Shown here: positions 53,077 through 62,869 of the stretch, piece by piece
Numbering within the stretch: the stretch's first letter is position 1
Layout: every line of letters begins with the position of its first letter
Translations under genes and position numbers: made by a program
NCBI GenBank assembly: GCA_963664195.1
Contig: OY760907.1
Coordinates: 2,624,001 to 2,688,000, forward strand
Reading direction: 5' to 3'
Length of the DNA: 64,000 nucleotides
Origin: an uncultured candidate division Zixibacteria bacterium
GTDB taxonomy: Bacteria; Zixibacteria; MSB-5A5; GN15; FEB-12
Notes under the pieces: model-generated
What the model was told of the DNA's origin: nothing
Database searches by the model: none
Seen by the model: only the letters and a program-made list of their open reading frames with translations

Positions 53077-54060
53077 ATGAGTTTGGACTTGGAAGACAAT
53101 AGAGCCGTTAGTTTCGACGTCGAAGGAGTCGACCAGCGCCTGCTGTTCGGTCAGAACGATGTCTTTCTCCGCATGATTGAGGCGCGGCTTCAGGTGACCA
53201 TCGTCGCCCGAGGCGAGAAAGTGCTTATCGAGGGGCCGGTGGAAGATGTCGAGAGAGTGAATCGTGTTCTGCACGATCTGATGACTCGAATCAAAATGGG
53301 GGATGTCATCACCGAGCAGTATCTCAACTACGCCATTTCAATGGTGACTGAGGGAGGTCCCGGCCCGGCAGATATGATTTCCACCGAAGCGCTGCTTACC
53401 AGTGCCCTGAAGAAGACCATCAAGCCGAAAACAGTCGGGCAGACAAAATACGTCGAAGCAGTCGACAAGAACGATATAGTGTTTTCTATCGGCCCCGCCG
53501 GCACGGGGAAGACGTATCTTGCCTGCGCCATGGCTGTTGCCGAACTGAAAGCCAAAAAGGTGAACCGGATCGTGTTCACCAGACCGGCTGTCGAGGCGGG
53601 GGAGTCGCTCGGTTTCCTGCCGGGGGATATCCGCGCCAAGGTGGATCCGTACCTTCGACCCGTCTACGATGCCCTGTACGACATGCTCCAGCCGGACAAG
53701 ATAAGGAACCTGCTGGAAATGGGCATCATAGAGATTGCGCCGCTGGCGTTTATGAGAGGCCGAACGCTCAATGAAGCGTTTGTTGTCCTTGACGAGGCCC
53801 AGAACACCACCAGCGCCCAGATGAAGATGTTTCTGACGAGGATCGGTGAAAGATCCAAGGCGGTTATCACTGGTGACATCACACAAGTCGATTTGCCGGA
53901 GAACCGGAACTCGGGCCTCATCACAGTGCAAAAGATCCTCAAGAGGATATCGGGCATCCAGTTTGTGTACCTGACGGAAAAGGATGTCATACGGCATCGG
54001 TTGGTACAGAAAATTATCAAGGCATACGAATTACACGAATCGCCCCGTGGGAGGAAATAG
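53077..54060 (+). CDS. phoH: PhoH family ATPase
   Basis: GPAGTGKT, RPAVEAGE, FMRGRT, DEAQN. Confidence 0.92.
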   Translation: MSLDLEDNRAVSFDVEGVDQRLLFGQNDVFLRMIEARLQVTIVARGEKVLIEGPVEDVERVNRVLHDLMTRIKMGDVITEQYLNYAISMVTEGGPGPADMISTEALLTSALKKTIKPKTVGQTKYVEAVDKNDIVFSIGPAGTGKTYLACAMAVAELKAKKVNRIVFTRPAVEAGESLGFLPGDIRAKVDPYLRPVYDALYDMLQPDKIRNLLEMGIIEIAPLAFMRGRTLNEAFVVLDEAQNTTSAQMKMFLTRIGERSKAVITGDITQVDLPENRNSGLITVQKILKRISGIQFVYLTEKDVIRHRLVQKIIKAYELHESPRGRK

Positions 54061-54081
54061 CGCGACAGGGAAGGTCGCCAC

Positions 54082-56331
54082 ATGTTTACCCTACTCTTAA
54101 GACTTAAACGCCGGATCAAGAAACTCCTCAAGGTCCAGACAGAAAGCCGGCAAAGCTACGTCCCCTCTGCCCGGTCGCGCACCGTCAAGGTGCTGATTAT
54201 GGTAGTGACCGCCGCTTCCATAGGCGTTTTGTATCCGGGAGACGTGCTCTACGATCCTCTGGACATGCCACATCGAGGAGAATTCGCCCCCGAAGATATC
54301 GTGGCGCCGGTTCAGATTACGTTGTACAAGAGTGACAGTGAAATCGAGGACGAGCGACAGCAGGTACGGCAGTTTACCTCGTATGTCCTCGACGTGGACA
54401 CTGTTGTTGTCGAGCAGTCCATTGCCGGGTTGCATCGATTTGCGAACTTGATCATTCGCCTTCGCCCCGGCGACACCGCAGTGGAAACGTCGCACTTCAA
54501 CAAGTTGGTGGATTCTGTAGCTCAACGATTCCCCATGCTCTCCCGCCGGGCGATCGAGAAGTCCCTTTCGCCGGCATCCAATATTGCGGCTGCGCGGGAT
54601 CGGCTGGAGTTGATTCTTCGAAACCAGATTTACCGGATCGGTGTCATGAACTCCCGCGCGGAACTGCCGGAGTCGCGCAATCGTTCGGTTCTGGTGCGGC
54701 GCGGCGACAGAGAGACCATTTTCCAGCGCGCCCAGATACTGGATATGGACCAGGCGCCGGCTATGCTCCTGACTGCGCTGAACGAGGCTGTCGCCAGTGA
54801 AAAAATAGAAGTAGAGTATTACTACCTGATAGGACGCAATTTCCTCCTGCCCAACCTTCGCGTGAATATGGATGAGTACAACCGTCGGGTGAACGAGGAA
54901 TTGCAGTTGCTCTCCCGCGTCAAAGAGATTGTGGAAGAAGGCGATGTAATCGTCTCGGCGCGTCATAAAGTCACGCAGCGACAGGAAGAAATACTGCAGG
55001 AAATGGCCGGCATTCTGCGTGCCAGGGCCGCCGGGAAGGGTTGGCTAACTGCCCTCATACCGGCCTTGGCGAGAATCGTCCTTGTGCTCGCCGCTTTTGT
55101 TGCGCTCCTATTGTTCCTCCGGATATTCCGGCCCGATGTTTATCGCTCAAACCCCAAACTGCTGGCGCTTTTCCTTGTATTTGCGCTACAAGTTTCTCTG
55201 ATCTACGTCATGGGCCTGCTGGGGCTGAAATCGATTTACATTTATCCGGTGGCTCTGCTTCCGGTTCTGGTCACGATTCTTTTTGATGCCGAAGTCGGCG
55301 TATTGAGTACGATTATCCTGGCCCTGCTGCTGGGAATTATGCACCGATTCAGTTTTTCCCTCTCCTTGCTAACGGCTGTTGTCGGTGTCGCCGGATGTTT
55401 GACCTCACGAACCGTGAGAAAACGCTCGCAATTCTATCGCATCTTGTTGTCCGTTGTTCTGGCCTACGTGCTCCTCATATTGTTTGTGGAGAATCTAAAA
55501 CTCAGTCCCAATACGGAAATCGTCAACGAACTGCTGTATGGGATGGTCGGCGGCGCCGTCTCGCTCTTTGTTGTTATGGGCGTCCTGCCGCTGTTTGAAT
55601 CGTTCTTCGGGATGATTACCGACACTACGCTGCTCGAGCTTTCTGATCTGAACCATCCGCTGCTCAAACGACTCGCGATTGAGGCCCCGGGCACTTATCA
55701 TCATTCCATCTCTGTCGGAGGCCTTTGCGAGAAAGCTGCCGAGGCGATAGGTGCCAACTCTCTCCTAGCGAGGGTCGGAGCATACTATCACGATATTGGC
55801 AAGATAGAAATACCGGAGTATTTTGTTGAAAACCAGTTCTCGGTAAAATCTAAACACGATTCGATTACGCCCTCGATGTCTTCGCTGATTCTCTCGTCGC
55901 ACGTGAAAAAGGGGAGACTGCTCGGAGAAGAGGCCGACATTCCTGATGTTGTACTGAATTTTATCGAGGAACACCACGGTACCATGGTACAGACGTTCTT
56001 CTATCATCGGGCCAAAGAACAGGCGGGAGAGGGCGGCGAAGTGAATATCGACAAGTTCCGCTACCCCGGCCCCAAACCACAGATTCGCGAGACCGGCATT
56101 GCTATGCTTGCCGACGCGGTCGAAGCGGCCAGTCGTACGCTGGAAAACCCGAAACCGGCCCGGATCGACAGCCTGATTCAGAAGATCATCAACGATCGTT
56201 TCCAATCTGGCGAACTTGATGAATGTCCGCTGACTCTCCGTGACCTCGCGAAAATCAAAGAAGCATTCGCCCAGGTGCTGGTAGCTGCCTTCCATCATCG
56301 CGTGAAATATCCTGCGGAGCAGCAGGCGTAG
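54082..56331 (+). CDS. 7TM-HD phosphohydrolase (PgpH-like)
   Basis: Extracellular domain, TM bundle, APGTYHHS, YYHDIGK, EHHGT, RYPGPKP, LADAVEAA. Confidence 0.88.
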   Translation: MFTLLLRLKRRIKKLLKVQTESRQSYVPSARSRTVKVLIMVVTAASIGVLYPGDVLYDPLDMPHRGEFAPEDIVAPVQITLYKSDSEIEDERQQVRQFTSYVLDVDTVVVEQSIAGLHRFANLIIRLRPGDTAVETSHFNKLVDSVAQRFPMLSRRAIEKSLSPASNIAAARDRLELILRNQIYRIGVMNSRAELPESRNRSVLVRRGDRETIFQRAQILDMDQAPAMLLTALNEAVASEKIEVEYYYLIGRNFLLPNLRVNMDEYNRRVNEELQLLSRVKEIVEEGDVIVSARHKVTQRQEEILQEMAGILRARAAGKGWLTALIPALARIVLVLAAFVALLLFLRIFRPDVYRSNPKLLALFLVFALQVSLIYVMGLLGLKSIYIYPVALLPVLVTILFDAEVGVLSTIILALLLGIMHRFSFSLSLLTAVVGVAGCLTSRTVRKRSQFYRILLSVVLAYVLLILFVENLKLSPNTEIVNELLYGMVGGAVSLFVVMGVLPLFESFFGMITDTTLLELSDLNHPLLKRLAIEAPGTYHHSISVGGLCEKAAEAIGANSLLARVGAYYHDIGKIEIPEYFVENQFSVKSKHDSITPSMSSLILSSHVKKGRLLGEEADIPDVVLNFIEEHHGTMVQTFFYHRAKEQAGEGGEVNIDKFRYPGPKPQIRETGIAMLADAVEAASRTLENPKPARIDSLIQKIINDRFQSGELDECPLTLRDLAKIKEAFAQVLVAAFHHRVKYPAEQQA

Positions 56332-56338
56332 CGGCTTT

Positions 56339-56779
56339 ATGAAACTCGTGATGCACAAGGAAGTCTCCGCCAGGGTGCCGGCCACGGCCATCAACTGCCT
56401 GTTTGATCTGGTTACTGATGACGAGGGAGACCCTGATTGGCCTGGCCAGGTGAATCTCATATTCACGACCGACGCTCAAATCAAGCGGCTCAACCGGGAT
56501 TATCGCTCCAAAGACAAGTCGACTGACGTCCTTTCGTTCAACCTCGATCCCCCCCAGGAGCCGCACGGCGTTTTCGGCGAGATATATATATCCGTGCCCT
56601 ACGCGCGGCGTCAGGCGAGGGGCTACGGCGGCGGCATCTTCGAGGAGTTACTCCGCCTGAGCTGTCATGGTTTCTTGCATTTATTCGGCTACGACCATAT
56701 GAATGACAAAGACGCCCGCACAATGTTTGATAAGCAGGACGCATACCTGCAGCAATTGAGGAAATCGACCCGAAAATGA
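56339..56779 (+). CDS. ybeY: Endoribonuclease YbeY
   Basis: TDVLSF, HGFLHLFGYDH. Confidence 0.93.
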   Translation: MKLVMHKEVSARVPATAINCLFDLVTDDEGDPDWPGQVNLIFTTDAQIKRLNRDYRSKDKSTDVLSFNLDPPQEPHGVFGEIYISVPYARRQARGYGGGIFEELLRLSCHGFLHLFGYDHMNDKDARTMFDKQDAYLQQLRKSTRK

Positions 56780-58053
56780 TACTCCCATTATACCTGCTCA
56801 TCATATTCATCCTGTTTGTTACCGGATACGTTGTCTCGTTGTATGCGCTGGCCGTATACATAGACCCTGATGACATCCGGGAACTGCTTCCCGGTGTGTC
56901 TCGCCGTCGACAGGCCTTGCTGCGCCGCCTGATGGGCGACCCGCGAGCTTTTGTGCAGGTGGCGGCCGTGTACCGGTCGTTCGCACTTATTCTCGTATCG
57001 GTCCTATCGCTTTTCGTGATGGATGTCATGGCCAATCTCGTTGGCGTCCGGTCTACATTGTTGTACCCGGGCGGATTGCTGCTGGTCTGGCTTCTGCAGA
57101 TCATTGTAGTGGACTACCTGCCCCGGCGTTCATCGCGCAAAGCGGTCAACGATAAGATGATCAAGCATCTCTGGTTGATTACGATCATCTATGTCCTCTT
57201 TTATCCCGTAATCCGCCTGTATCGCTCGGCGCTCGGGCGTGTTCGCCTGGAGGACCGGGTGACCGAGGAAGAGAAGGAAGAGATAGTCGAAAGGGCTATC
57301 GAGACGCTCGCCGAACAGGCGGGGATCGGCGAAGCCATTGTCGAGCCACAGGAGAAGGAGATGATTGGCCATATCTTCCTCCTCGACCAGACGGTGGTCA
57401 GGGAGATTATGTCTCCACGTATCGACATAACAGGCATCGAAAAATCAGCCAGTTTTCGCTCGATCCAGGAGTTGGTCCGTACCGATGGGCACTCCAGGTA
57501 TCCGGTGTACGAGGAATCAATCGACAGGATCATAGGCGTGCTCTACGTTAAAGATCTCTTCAGCAGCATGCCCGAGCCGGGCGAAGAGTTTGTCATTGCC
57601 AATTACCTCCGCAAACCGTTTTTTGTGCCGGAGTCGAAGGTTATAGGCGATTTACTCCGTGAATTCAGGTCAAAAAAACTCCATATTGCGATAGTTGTCG
57701 ACGAATACGGGGGAGTAGCGGGCCTGGTCACACTTGAGGACATTCTCGAAGAGATCGTCGGTGAAATCCAGGATGAGCACGACAGCGAAGAAGACGAGTT
57801 TCGTCGCCTGACTGATGGTCGGTATCTTGTCGACGCTGCGCTCCGGATGGAGAAACTCCAGGATTATCTGCAATCGGAGTACGATCACGGTGAAAACGAT
57901 ACGGTCGGGGGGCTGATCTACGATCTGGTCGGCTCTGTTCCGGACGAGGGACAGTGCGTCAGGTGGCACGACGTCGAGTTCGAAGTGGTGCGGGTGGACG
58001 GCCAGCGTATTCTCGCTGTCAAGGTCCGTCGACGCCACACGTCACACAGTTAA
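56776..58053 (+). CDS. CNNM/CBS/CorC transporter-associated protein
   Basis: N-terminal TMs, HSRYPV, VVDEYGG, EDILEEIVGEIQDE. Confidence 0.88.
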   Translation: MILPLYLLIIFILFVTGYVVSLYALAVYIDPDDIRELLPGVSRRRQALLRRLMGDPRAFVQVAAVYRSFALILVSVLSLFVMDVMANLVGVRSTLLYPGGLLLVWLLQIIVVDYLPRRSSRKAVNDKMIKHLWLITIIYVLFYPVIRLYRSALGRVRLEDRVTEEEKEEIVERAIETLAEQAGIGEAIVEPQEKEMIGHIFLLDQTVVREIMSPRIDITGIEKSASFRSIQELVRTDGHSRYPVYEESIDRIIGVLYVKDLFSSMPEPGEEFVIANYLRKPFFVPESKVIGDLLREFRSKKLHIAIVVDEYGGVAGLVTLEDILEEIVGEIQDEHDSEEDEFRRLTDGRYLVDAALRMEKLQDYLQSEYDHGENDTVGGLIYDLVGSVPDEGQCVRWHDVEFEVVRVDGQRILAVKVRRRHTSHS

Positions 58054-58144
58054 CCACATCTGTCTATTACCGTCACAACAAAAACTGGTCAATTTTCCAT
58101 TAAGACACCAATTGAATGAAATCGACGTCCGTATATAGCTTAAT

Positions 58145-59257
58145 ATGGACGATATGATGCTGCCTACAGTTGGCATAGTTGAGGCGCCCGGCGCCTGTGG
58201 TGTACGAAGCCGATTCAAGCTGGATCTGTTGCTCGGATTTGTGGGAGGAATCGAGCAATTGGTGCGCCCGGGTCAGACGGTGCTGCTCAAACCCAATCTC
58301 CGCAGGTTGGTCTATGACTCCCACCGCCAGTTGTTTCTGTTTGTGGCCGAGGCCGTTCAGCGGCTTGGCGGACGCGTCGTTATAGGTGATTCACCATGGC
58401 TCAGAAACAATCCGGCGCGACGTTTGTGGGAACAGACCGGGCTTGACAGTATAGCGCGAGAACGCGGTTGGGAATTCGTCAGTTTCGAGAGGTCGATTCT
58501 TGATCGCGTAGGGCTGGGCAAGCGTGTCTACTTCCTGCCGCGGATAGTGCTCGAGGCAGACCATGTGATCAATATCGCCCCTGTTTTGCGCAATCATCGC
58601 ACTCTTCTGGCCGGGGCCATGTTCAACCTCCTCGGCGTAATACCCGGATTCAAGAAGGGACAGTATCCCGTTGAATTTTCCAGATCGGAGCATCTGGACC
58701 AGCTGTTGGTGGATATCTACTCCATAGTCCAACCGAGTTTGACGTTGGCCGACGTCTGTCGGAGGGATGACGCCCGCGGACTGTCCGATCCCGACAACTG
58801 TCGATTCCTGGCCTCAACCGACGGGATCGCCGTGGATTCGGTTGCTGCCGCCCTGACTGGTCTCCGACCGAGAAGTATACGAGCCGTTCACTTGGCCGGC
58901 GAGGCGGGCTTGGGCATAGGATGGTTAGAGGGGATCAACACGGTCGGTGATCGCGTCCAACCGTGGAAGGTTCGCGACCTGGACCCCTTTGGCCCGGGCA
59001 CGCGTTTCCCGTTACCCAAACCGCTCGATCACTTCGTCGACCGTTTTGTCTGGCGGAAGCCCCACGTTGATCCGCGGACCTGTACTCCTTGCGGCAAATG
59101 CGCCGAATCGTGCCCTTCGGGGGCAGTGCTTCTGGAAGGGGGGAAGGTTCCGGAAATGGACGATGGCCTCTGCGTGTCATGCTGGCACTGTCAACGTGCC
59201 TGTCCCGAGTCTGCTATCTCCATTCAGGAAAACTGGTTAACCGGACGCCTGCATTAA
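58145..59257 (+). CDS. DUF362 protein with 2x[4Fe-4S] ferredoxin domain
   Basis: VLLKPN, IGDSP, CTPCGKCAESCP and CVSCWHCQRACP. Confidence 0.75.
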   Translation: MDDMMLPTVGIVEAPGACGVRSRFKLDLLLGFVGGIEQLVRPGQTVLLKPNLRRLVYDSHRQLFLFVAEAVQRLGGRVVIGDSPWLRNNPARRLWEQTGLDSIARERGWEFVSFERSILDRVGLGKRVYFLPRIVLEADHVINIAPVLRNHRTLLAGAMFNLLGVIPGFKKGQYPVEFSRSEHLDQLLVDIYSIVQPSLTLADVCRRDDARGLSDPDNCRFLASTDGIAVDSVAAALTGLRPRSIRAVHLAGEAGLGIGWLEGINTVGDRVQPWKVRDLDPFGPGTRFPLPKPLDHFVDRFVWRKPHVDPRTCTPCGKCAESCPSGAVLLEGGKVPEMDDGLCVSCWHCQRACPESAISIQENWLTGRLH

Positions 59258-59293
59258 TTGCGGCGCAGTTGCTGCGTTTTTCTAAGATACTGC

Positions 59294-59322
59294 TTGACAA
59301 TGCGATAGCTATGTGTTATCCT
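59294..59322 (+). promoter_or_regulatory. Putative sigma70 promoter with extended -10
   Basis: ttgaca-N17-tatcct preceded by TGn. Confidence 0.65.
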
Positions 59323-59440
59323 GAAAGCGATAAATTATGCGTTGGGTCACGCCTTGCATATAGATCCCTGTCATAAACATAATCACCTCGGTCTTTGCAC
59401 TGGGCGGGGTTCGTGTCATGTGTTATAGGAGGAGAAGCCT

Positions 59441-59755
59441 ATGAACGGCAAAAAGTTATCACTAATCATTCTTTTGTTGGCATTCGCTGCCGCGTTTATG
59501 TCCTCGGGGCCGGTGTTTTCCGGTGAACACCCTTGGGATGCGGATGTCACGGAAGAACACTACAACGACGACAAGGACGATTGGTACGATCCTCCGGTTT
59601 TCAATCCAGATCGTGATTCGGTCAAAGGCGATTCTTCGTCAACTGACACTTGTTTCAGTGGTGGCAGTGACGATTTGGATATGTCGAGTGCCAGTGCGGT
59701 CGACTGGGGTAGTATTGCCATACAGTTTGTCAATTGGCTTCTGCTCGAGTTGTAA
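59441..59755 (+). CDS. Small secreted acidic peptide/protein
   Basis: Strong RBS aggagga, Sec signal peptide ending VFS, mature start GEHPWD, hydrophobic C-terminal helix. Confidence 0.72.
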   Translation: MNGKKLSLIILLLAFAAAFMSSGPVFSGEHPWDADVTEEHYNDDKDDWYDPPVFNPDRDSVKGDSSSTDTCFSGGSDDLDMSSASAVDWGSIAIQFVNWLLLEL

Positions 59756-59875
59756 GTCGTTCTGAAGGACGAGTGTAATGACCGTGCTAACCCGACAAAG
59801 GTTGTCGGGAGTGGAGCACGGTAGGTCGAGTGAAGGAAACTCGACTGATTACTAAAACCAGGAAGAGAAACTCAA

Positions 59876-62812
59876 ATGGCTGCACCCTCACAAAAGTTTG
59901 CCTTTGATAATCGCCTGTTAACAATTGAAGAGCAGTTTCGGCAGCGCCGGCATGATGCCTCCCGAAGCGAACTCAAGCTACTCACCGAGAAGGACTTCAG
60001 TGACGAACCGTATCAACTTGGGTTGTTCTTATCGCTGAAGGCGGATGCCGCCTTCTGCGATGGTGACTATCGCAAGGCACTCGAGCTTGGCAACCGTTCT
60101 GCCAAGCTGCTAGCCTCCTATCCTCTCAACCGGCGCTATGGCCGGGTTCTGCATTTGCTGTCGAAGACCTATTCGGCGACGGGCGACCTGAGAAACGCCG
60201 AGATCAAAGCCGGTGATGCTCTTGCATCTTACCGGCGTGCCTCCGACGCCATGGGGCAGGTCGATTGTCTCAACGAACTGGCGCGTATCTCCTTCATCAG
60301 TTCTCGATTCAAAGTAGCTTGCCAGTATCTGGACGATGCGATTGACCTTGCCCGCGGGAATCACCGTAAGGTTGCGCAGTTGACCGGTAATGCTGCACGT
60401 ATTCGCATCCTCCTTGGCGATTGGGTCAGGGCGGAAACCGATCTGAACTCTGTCATTAAGATCAACGAAGAACAGGGCGAAGAGATTTCGCTTGCCATCA
60501 ACCTGCTCTCGCTGGGCTACCTTCACATGCGCCGTCGCGAACATGTGTTCGCTGACAGGTCCCTGGAGAGAGCTGCCGAGATCATCGACCGGCTCGGACT
60601 GAAACGCGAGCGGGTTATTTATCTCGAGTATGCCGGTGAAATGGCTCTTGAGAAAGGTGATACCTACAAAGCCAAATCGCTTTTGAATGAAGCCTGGCTG
60701 CAGGGGCGTTTGTTGGCTCCGGAATCTTCGCTGGTCTCTCAGGCCGGTCGAAGGCTTGCGGAGGTCGAACTGGCCCTCGATAACCTGAACGATGCTATGT
60801 CGTACGGACAGAAGGCGCTCGATCTTGCCGTGCAGATCGGTGAGCAGGTGGAGATCGGTATGGCCCGAAGTCTGATCTCTCGAGTGTTTGCCGCGCGCGG
60901 GGATTATCAAGACGCCTTGGAATACGGTCATCAGGCTGTGGAAATAGCTCGTTCGCTGGGGGATCCCGTTGATCTCGCCCGTGGATTGCTCACATTTGCG
61001 GATACCATGCAGGCCTCCGGCTCCGACGAACAGGACCGGATCAGGAATCTGTTTGACGAGGCCTCCCGGATATTCAAGAAACTTCATCTTGAATACTGGC
61101 TGGCCGAAACCGAATACCGTGCCGGCATGTTTGCCTGTCAGAACGGCAACCTGTCACGCGGTTTCCGGAAGCTTAATCGTTCCGAACGCATATTCATCGC
61201 TCTTGGCGAAACGGCATGTGCCCGAAAGGTGCATCAGTTCCTGACTTCTCTGGCCGATCAGGCGGTAGCGTTGTCCGTATCGGAAGACAACGAATTCAAA
61301 CTGTTTGGCAAGTTGATCAAGCAGGCGGATATGGATGATCTCAAGGCCGGGCCGATGGGCGAAATCCTCGGCGTTCTTCTCCAGAGAACCGGAGCCGAGA
61401 GGGCAATCATTGTTTCGCCGGATGCCGTTCCCGAGCCGCTGACTACATCCTTTGAAATGACCGCCAGTCAGTCGCGCAAGTTCACCGAGAACTTCAGCCG
61501 GCTGATCGGCGAAGAAATCGCCACCGACAAGCCTACCCTGCGGTTGGATTGTCGTCGTGATCCATACATTAACGACCTGTTCCCGGACATCCCGGATGTG
61601 GTCGCCTCTGTGCTGGTAGTGCCGTTTGTCATGAGCGACAAGTCCACCAGCTTTGTGTACCTCGACAAGCTATCAATTGACAGTATGCTCAATCCGTTCA
61701 GTCAGGATGCGCTTAATTTCACTGTTGGATTCTCCGATCTGATAGCGTTTAAGTCTGCCGAACTCCAACGACTGAAACTGCTTGAGGACAATCGTCGCCT
61801 GAAAGCCCAGTTGATGGAAGAGGCTGCCTTCCCGAATATCATCACCAAAAGCCCGAAAATGCTCGAACTCCTCTCCCAGGTGCGACAGGTTGTGGATTCG
61901 AATATCTCTATCACGATTGAGGGTGAGACCGGGTGCGGGAAGGATCTGCTGGCCCGTGCCATCCATTACAACTCCAACCGTCGCGACAAACGGTTCATTT
62001 CTGTAAACTGTGCCGCATTGCCGGAAACGCTGTTGGAATCAGAGCTGTTCGGATACCGCCGCGGTGCCTTCACAGGCGCCGATCGTGACAAGCCGGGTCT
62101 GTTTGAAGAAGCCGACGGAGGCACCTTCTTCCTTGACGAAATCGCCGACATGCCGCTGAGCGTTCAGGCGAAGATTCTGAGAGTGTTGGAAGAGAAAGAA
62201 GTCGTCCGGCTCGGTGACAGTACTCCTCGGAAGGTTGATGTGCGGGTGCTTTCGGCCACGAATAAAGATCTCAAGATTCAGATGGCGCAAAACCTGTTCC
62301 GTCAGGATCTCTTCTATCGTTTGGCTGCACTCTCTTTCCGCCTGCCGACACTCGGCGAGCGCAAAGAGGACATTCCGTTGCTCGTCAAGCACTTCCTCGG
62401 AGAAAGCGGCAAGAGCGTATCGGCGGATGCCATGAGTCATCTTGTCGGGTACTCCTGGCCGGGTAATGTCCGTGAGCTGCAAAACGAAATCAAAAAGCTG
62501 GTTCTGCTGGCTGGCAACAGCGATATCATTGACACCAGGGTCCTGTCGCAGAAGACGTTGCGGGCGTCGACCGGTGACGGACAGGTCTCTGCCGCGACAT
62601 TCAATCCGGGCGATGATGTGACCTTCAGCGAGCGATACTCGCTCTATGACTATCTGGCCGCCCATGAACGCCGCTTCATCATCAAAGCGCTCAAGGAGCG
62701 AAAGGGTGTCAAGAAGCACGCCGCGGCGATGCTGAATATTCCGGAGTCGACTCTGCGCCTCAAAATCAAAGAGTACGACATCGATATGAAGCGTCTGGAC
62801 CAGGTGAACTAG
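59876..62812 (+). CDS. TPR-GAF-like-AAA+ sigma54 enhancer-binding protein
   Basis: Long helical-repeat N-terminus; GETGCGKD, ESELFG, GAFTGA, FLDEI, WPGNVREL; C-terminal HTH; no receiver. Confidence 0.9.
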   Translation: MAAPSQKFAFDNRLLTIEEQFRQRRHDASRSELKLLTEKDFSDEPYQLGLFLSLKADAAFCDGDYRKALELGNRSAKLLASYPLNRRYGRVLHLLSKTYSATGDLRNAEIKAGDALASYRRASDAMGQVDCLNELARISFISSRFKVACQYLDDAIDLARGNHRKVAQLTGNAARIRILLGDWVRAETDLNSVIKINEEQGEEISLAINLLSLGYLHMRRREHVFADRSLERAAEIIDRLGLKRERVIYLEYAGEMALEKGDTYKAKSLLNEAWLQGRLLAPESSLVSQAGRRLAEVELALDNLNDAMSYGQKALDLAVQIGEQVEIGMARSLISRVFAARGDYQDALEYGHQAVEIARSLGDPVDLARGLLTFADTMQASGSDEQDRIRNLFDEASRIFKKLHLEYWLAETEYRAGMFACQNGNLSRGFRKLNRSERIFIALGETACARKVHQFLTSLADQAVALSVSEDNEFKLFGKLIKQADMDDLKAGPMGEILGVLLQRTGAERAIIVSPDAVPEPLTTSFEMTASQSRKFTENFSRLIGEEIATDKPTLRLDCRRDPYINDLFPDIPDVVASVLVVPFVMSDKSTSFVYLDKLSIDSMLNPFSQDALNFTVGFSDLIAFKSAELQRLKLLEDNRRLKAQLMEEAAFPNIITKSPKMLELLSQVRQVVDSNISITIEGETGCGKDLLARAIHYNSNRRDKRFISVNCAALPETLLESELFGYRRGAFTGADRDKPGLFEEADGGTFFLDEIADMPLSVQAKILRVLEEKEVVRLGDSTPRKVDVRVLSATNKDLKIQMAQNLFRQDLFYRLAALSFRLPTLGERKEDIPLLVKHFLGESGKSVSADAMSHLVGYSWPGNVRELQNEIKKLVLLAGNSDIIDTRVLSQKTLRASTGDGQVSAATFNPGDDVTFSERYSLYDYLAAHERRFIIKALKERKGVKKHAAAMLNIPESTLRLKIKEYDIDMKRLDQVN

Positions 62813-62837
62813 CCCACTTTTTTATCAGAAGCCTATT

Positions 62838-62865
62838 GCGCCCCGCTCGTCGGGGCGCTTTTTTT
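62838..62865 (+). terminator. Intrinsic terminator
   Basis: gcgccccg..cggggcgc + T7. Confidence 0.8.
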
Positions 62866-62869
62866 ATGT

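Noticed and set aside
51238..58053. aspS-phoH-7TM-HD-ybeY-corC cluster as novel
   Set aside because: Widely conserved housekeeping neighbourhood.
59441..59755. RiPP precursor interpretation of the small peptide
   Set aside because: No adjacent maturase, peptidase or exporter; it has a Sec-type signal instead.
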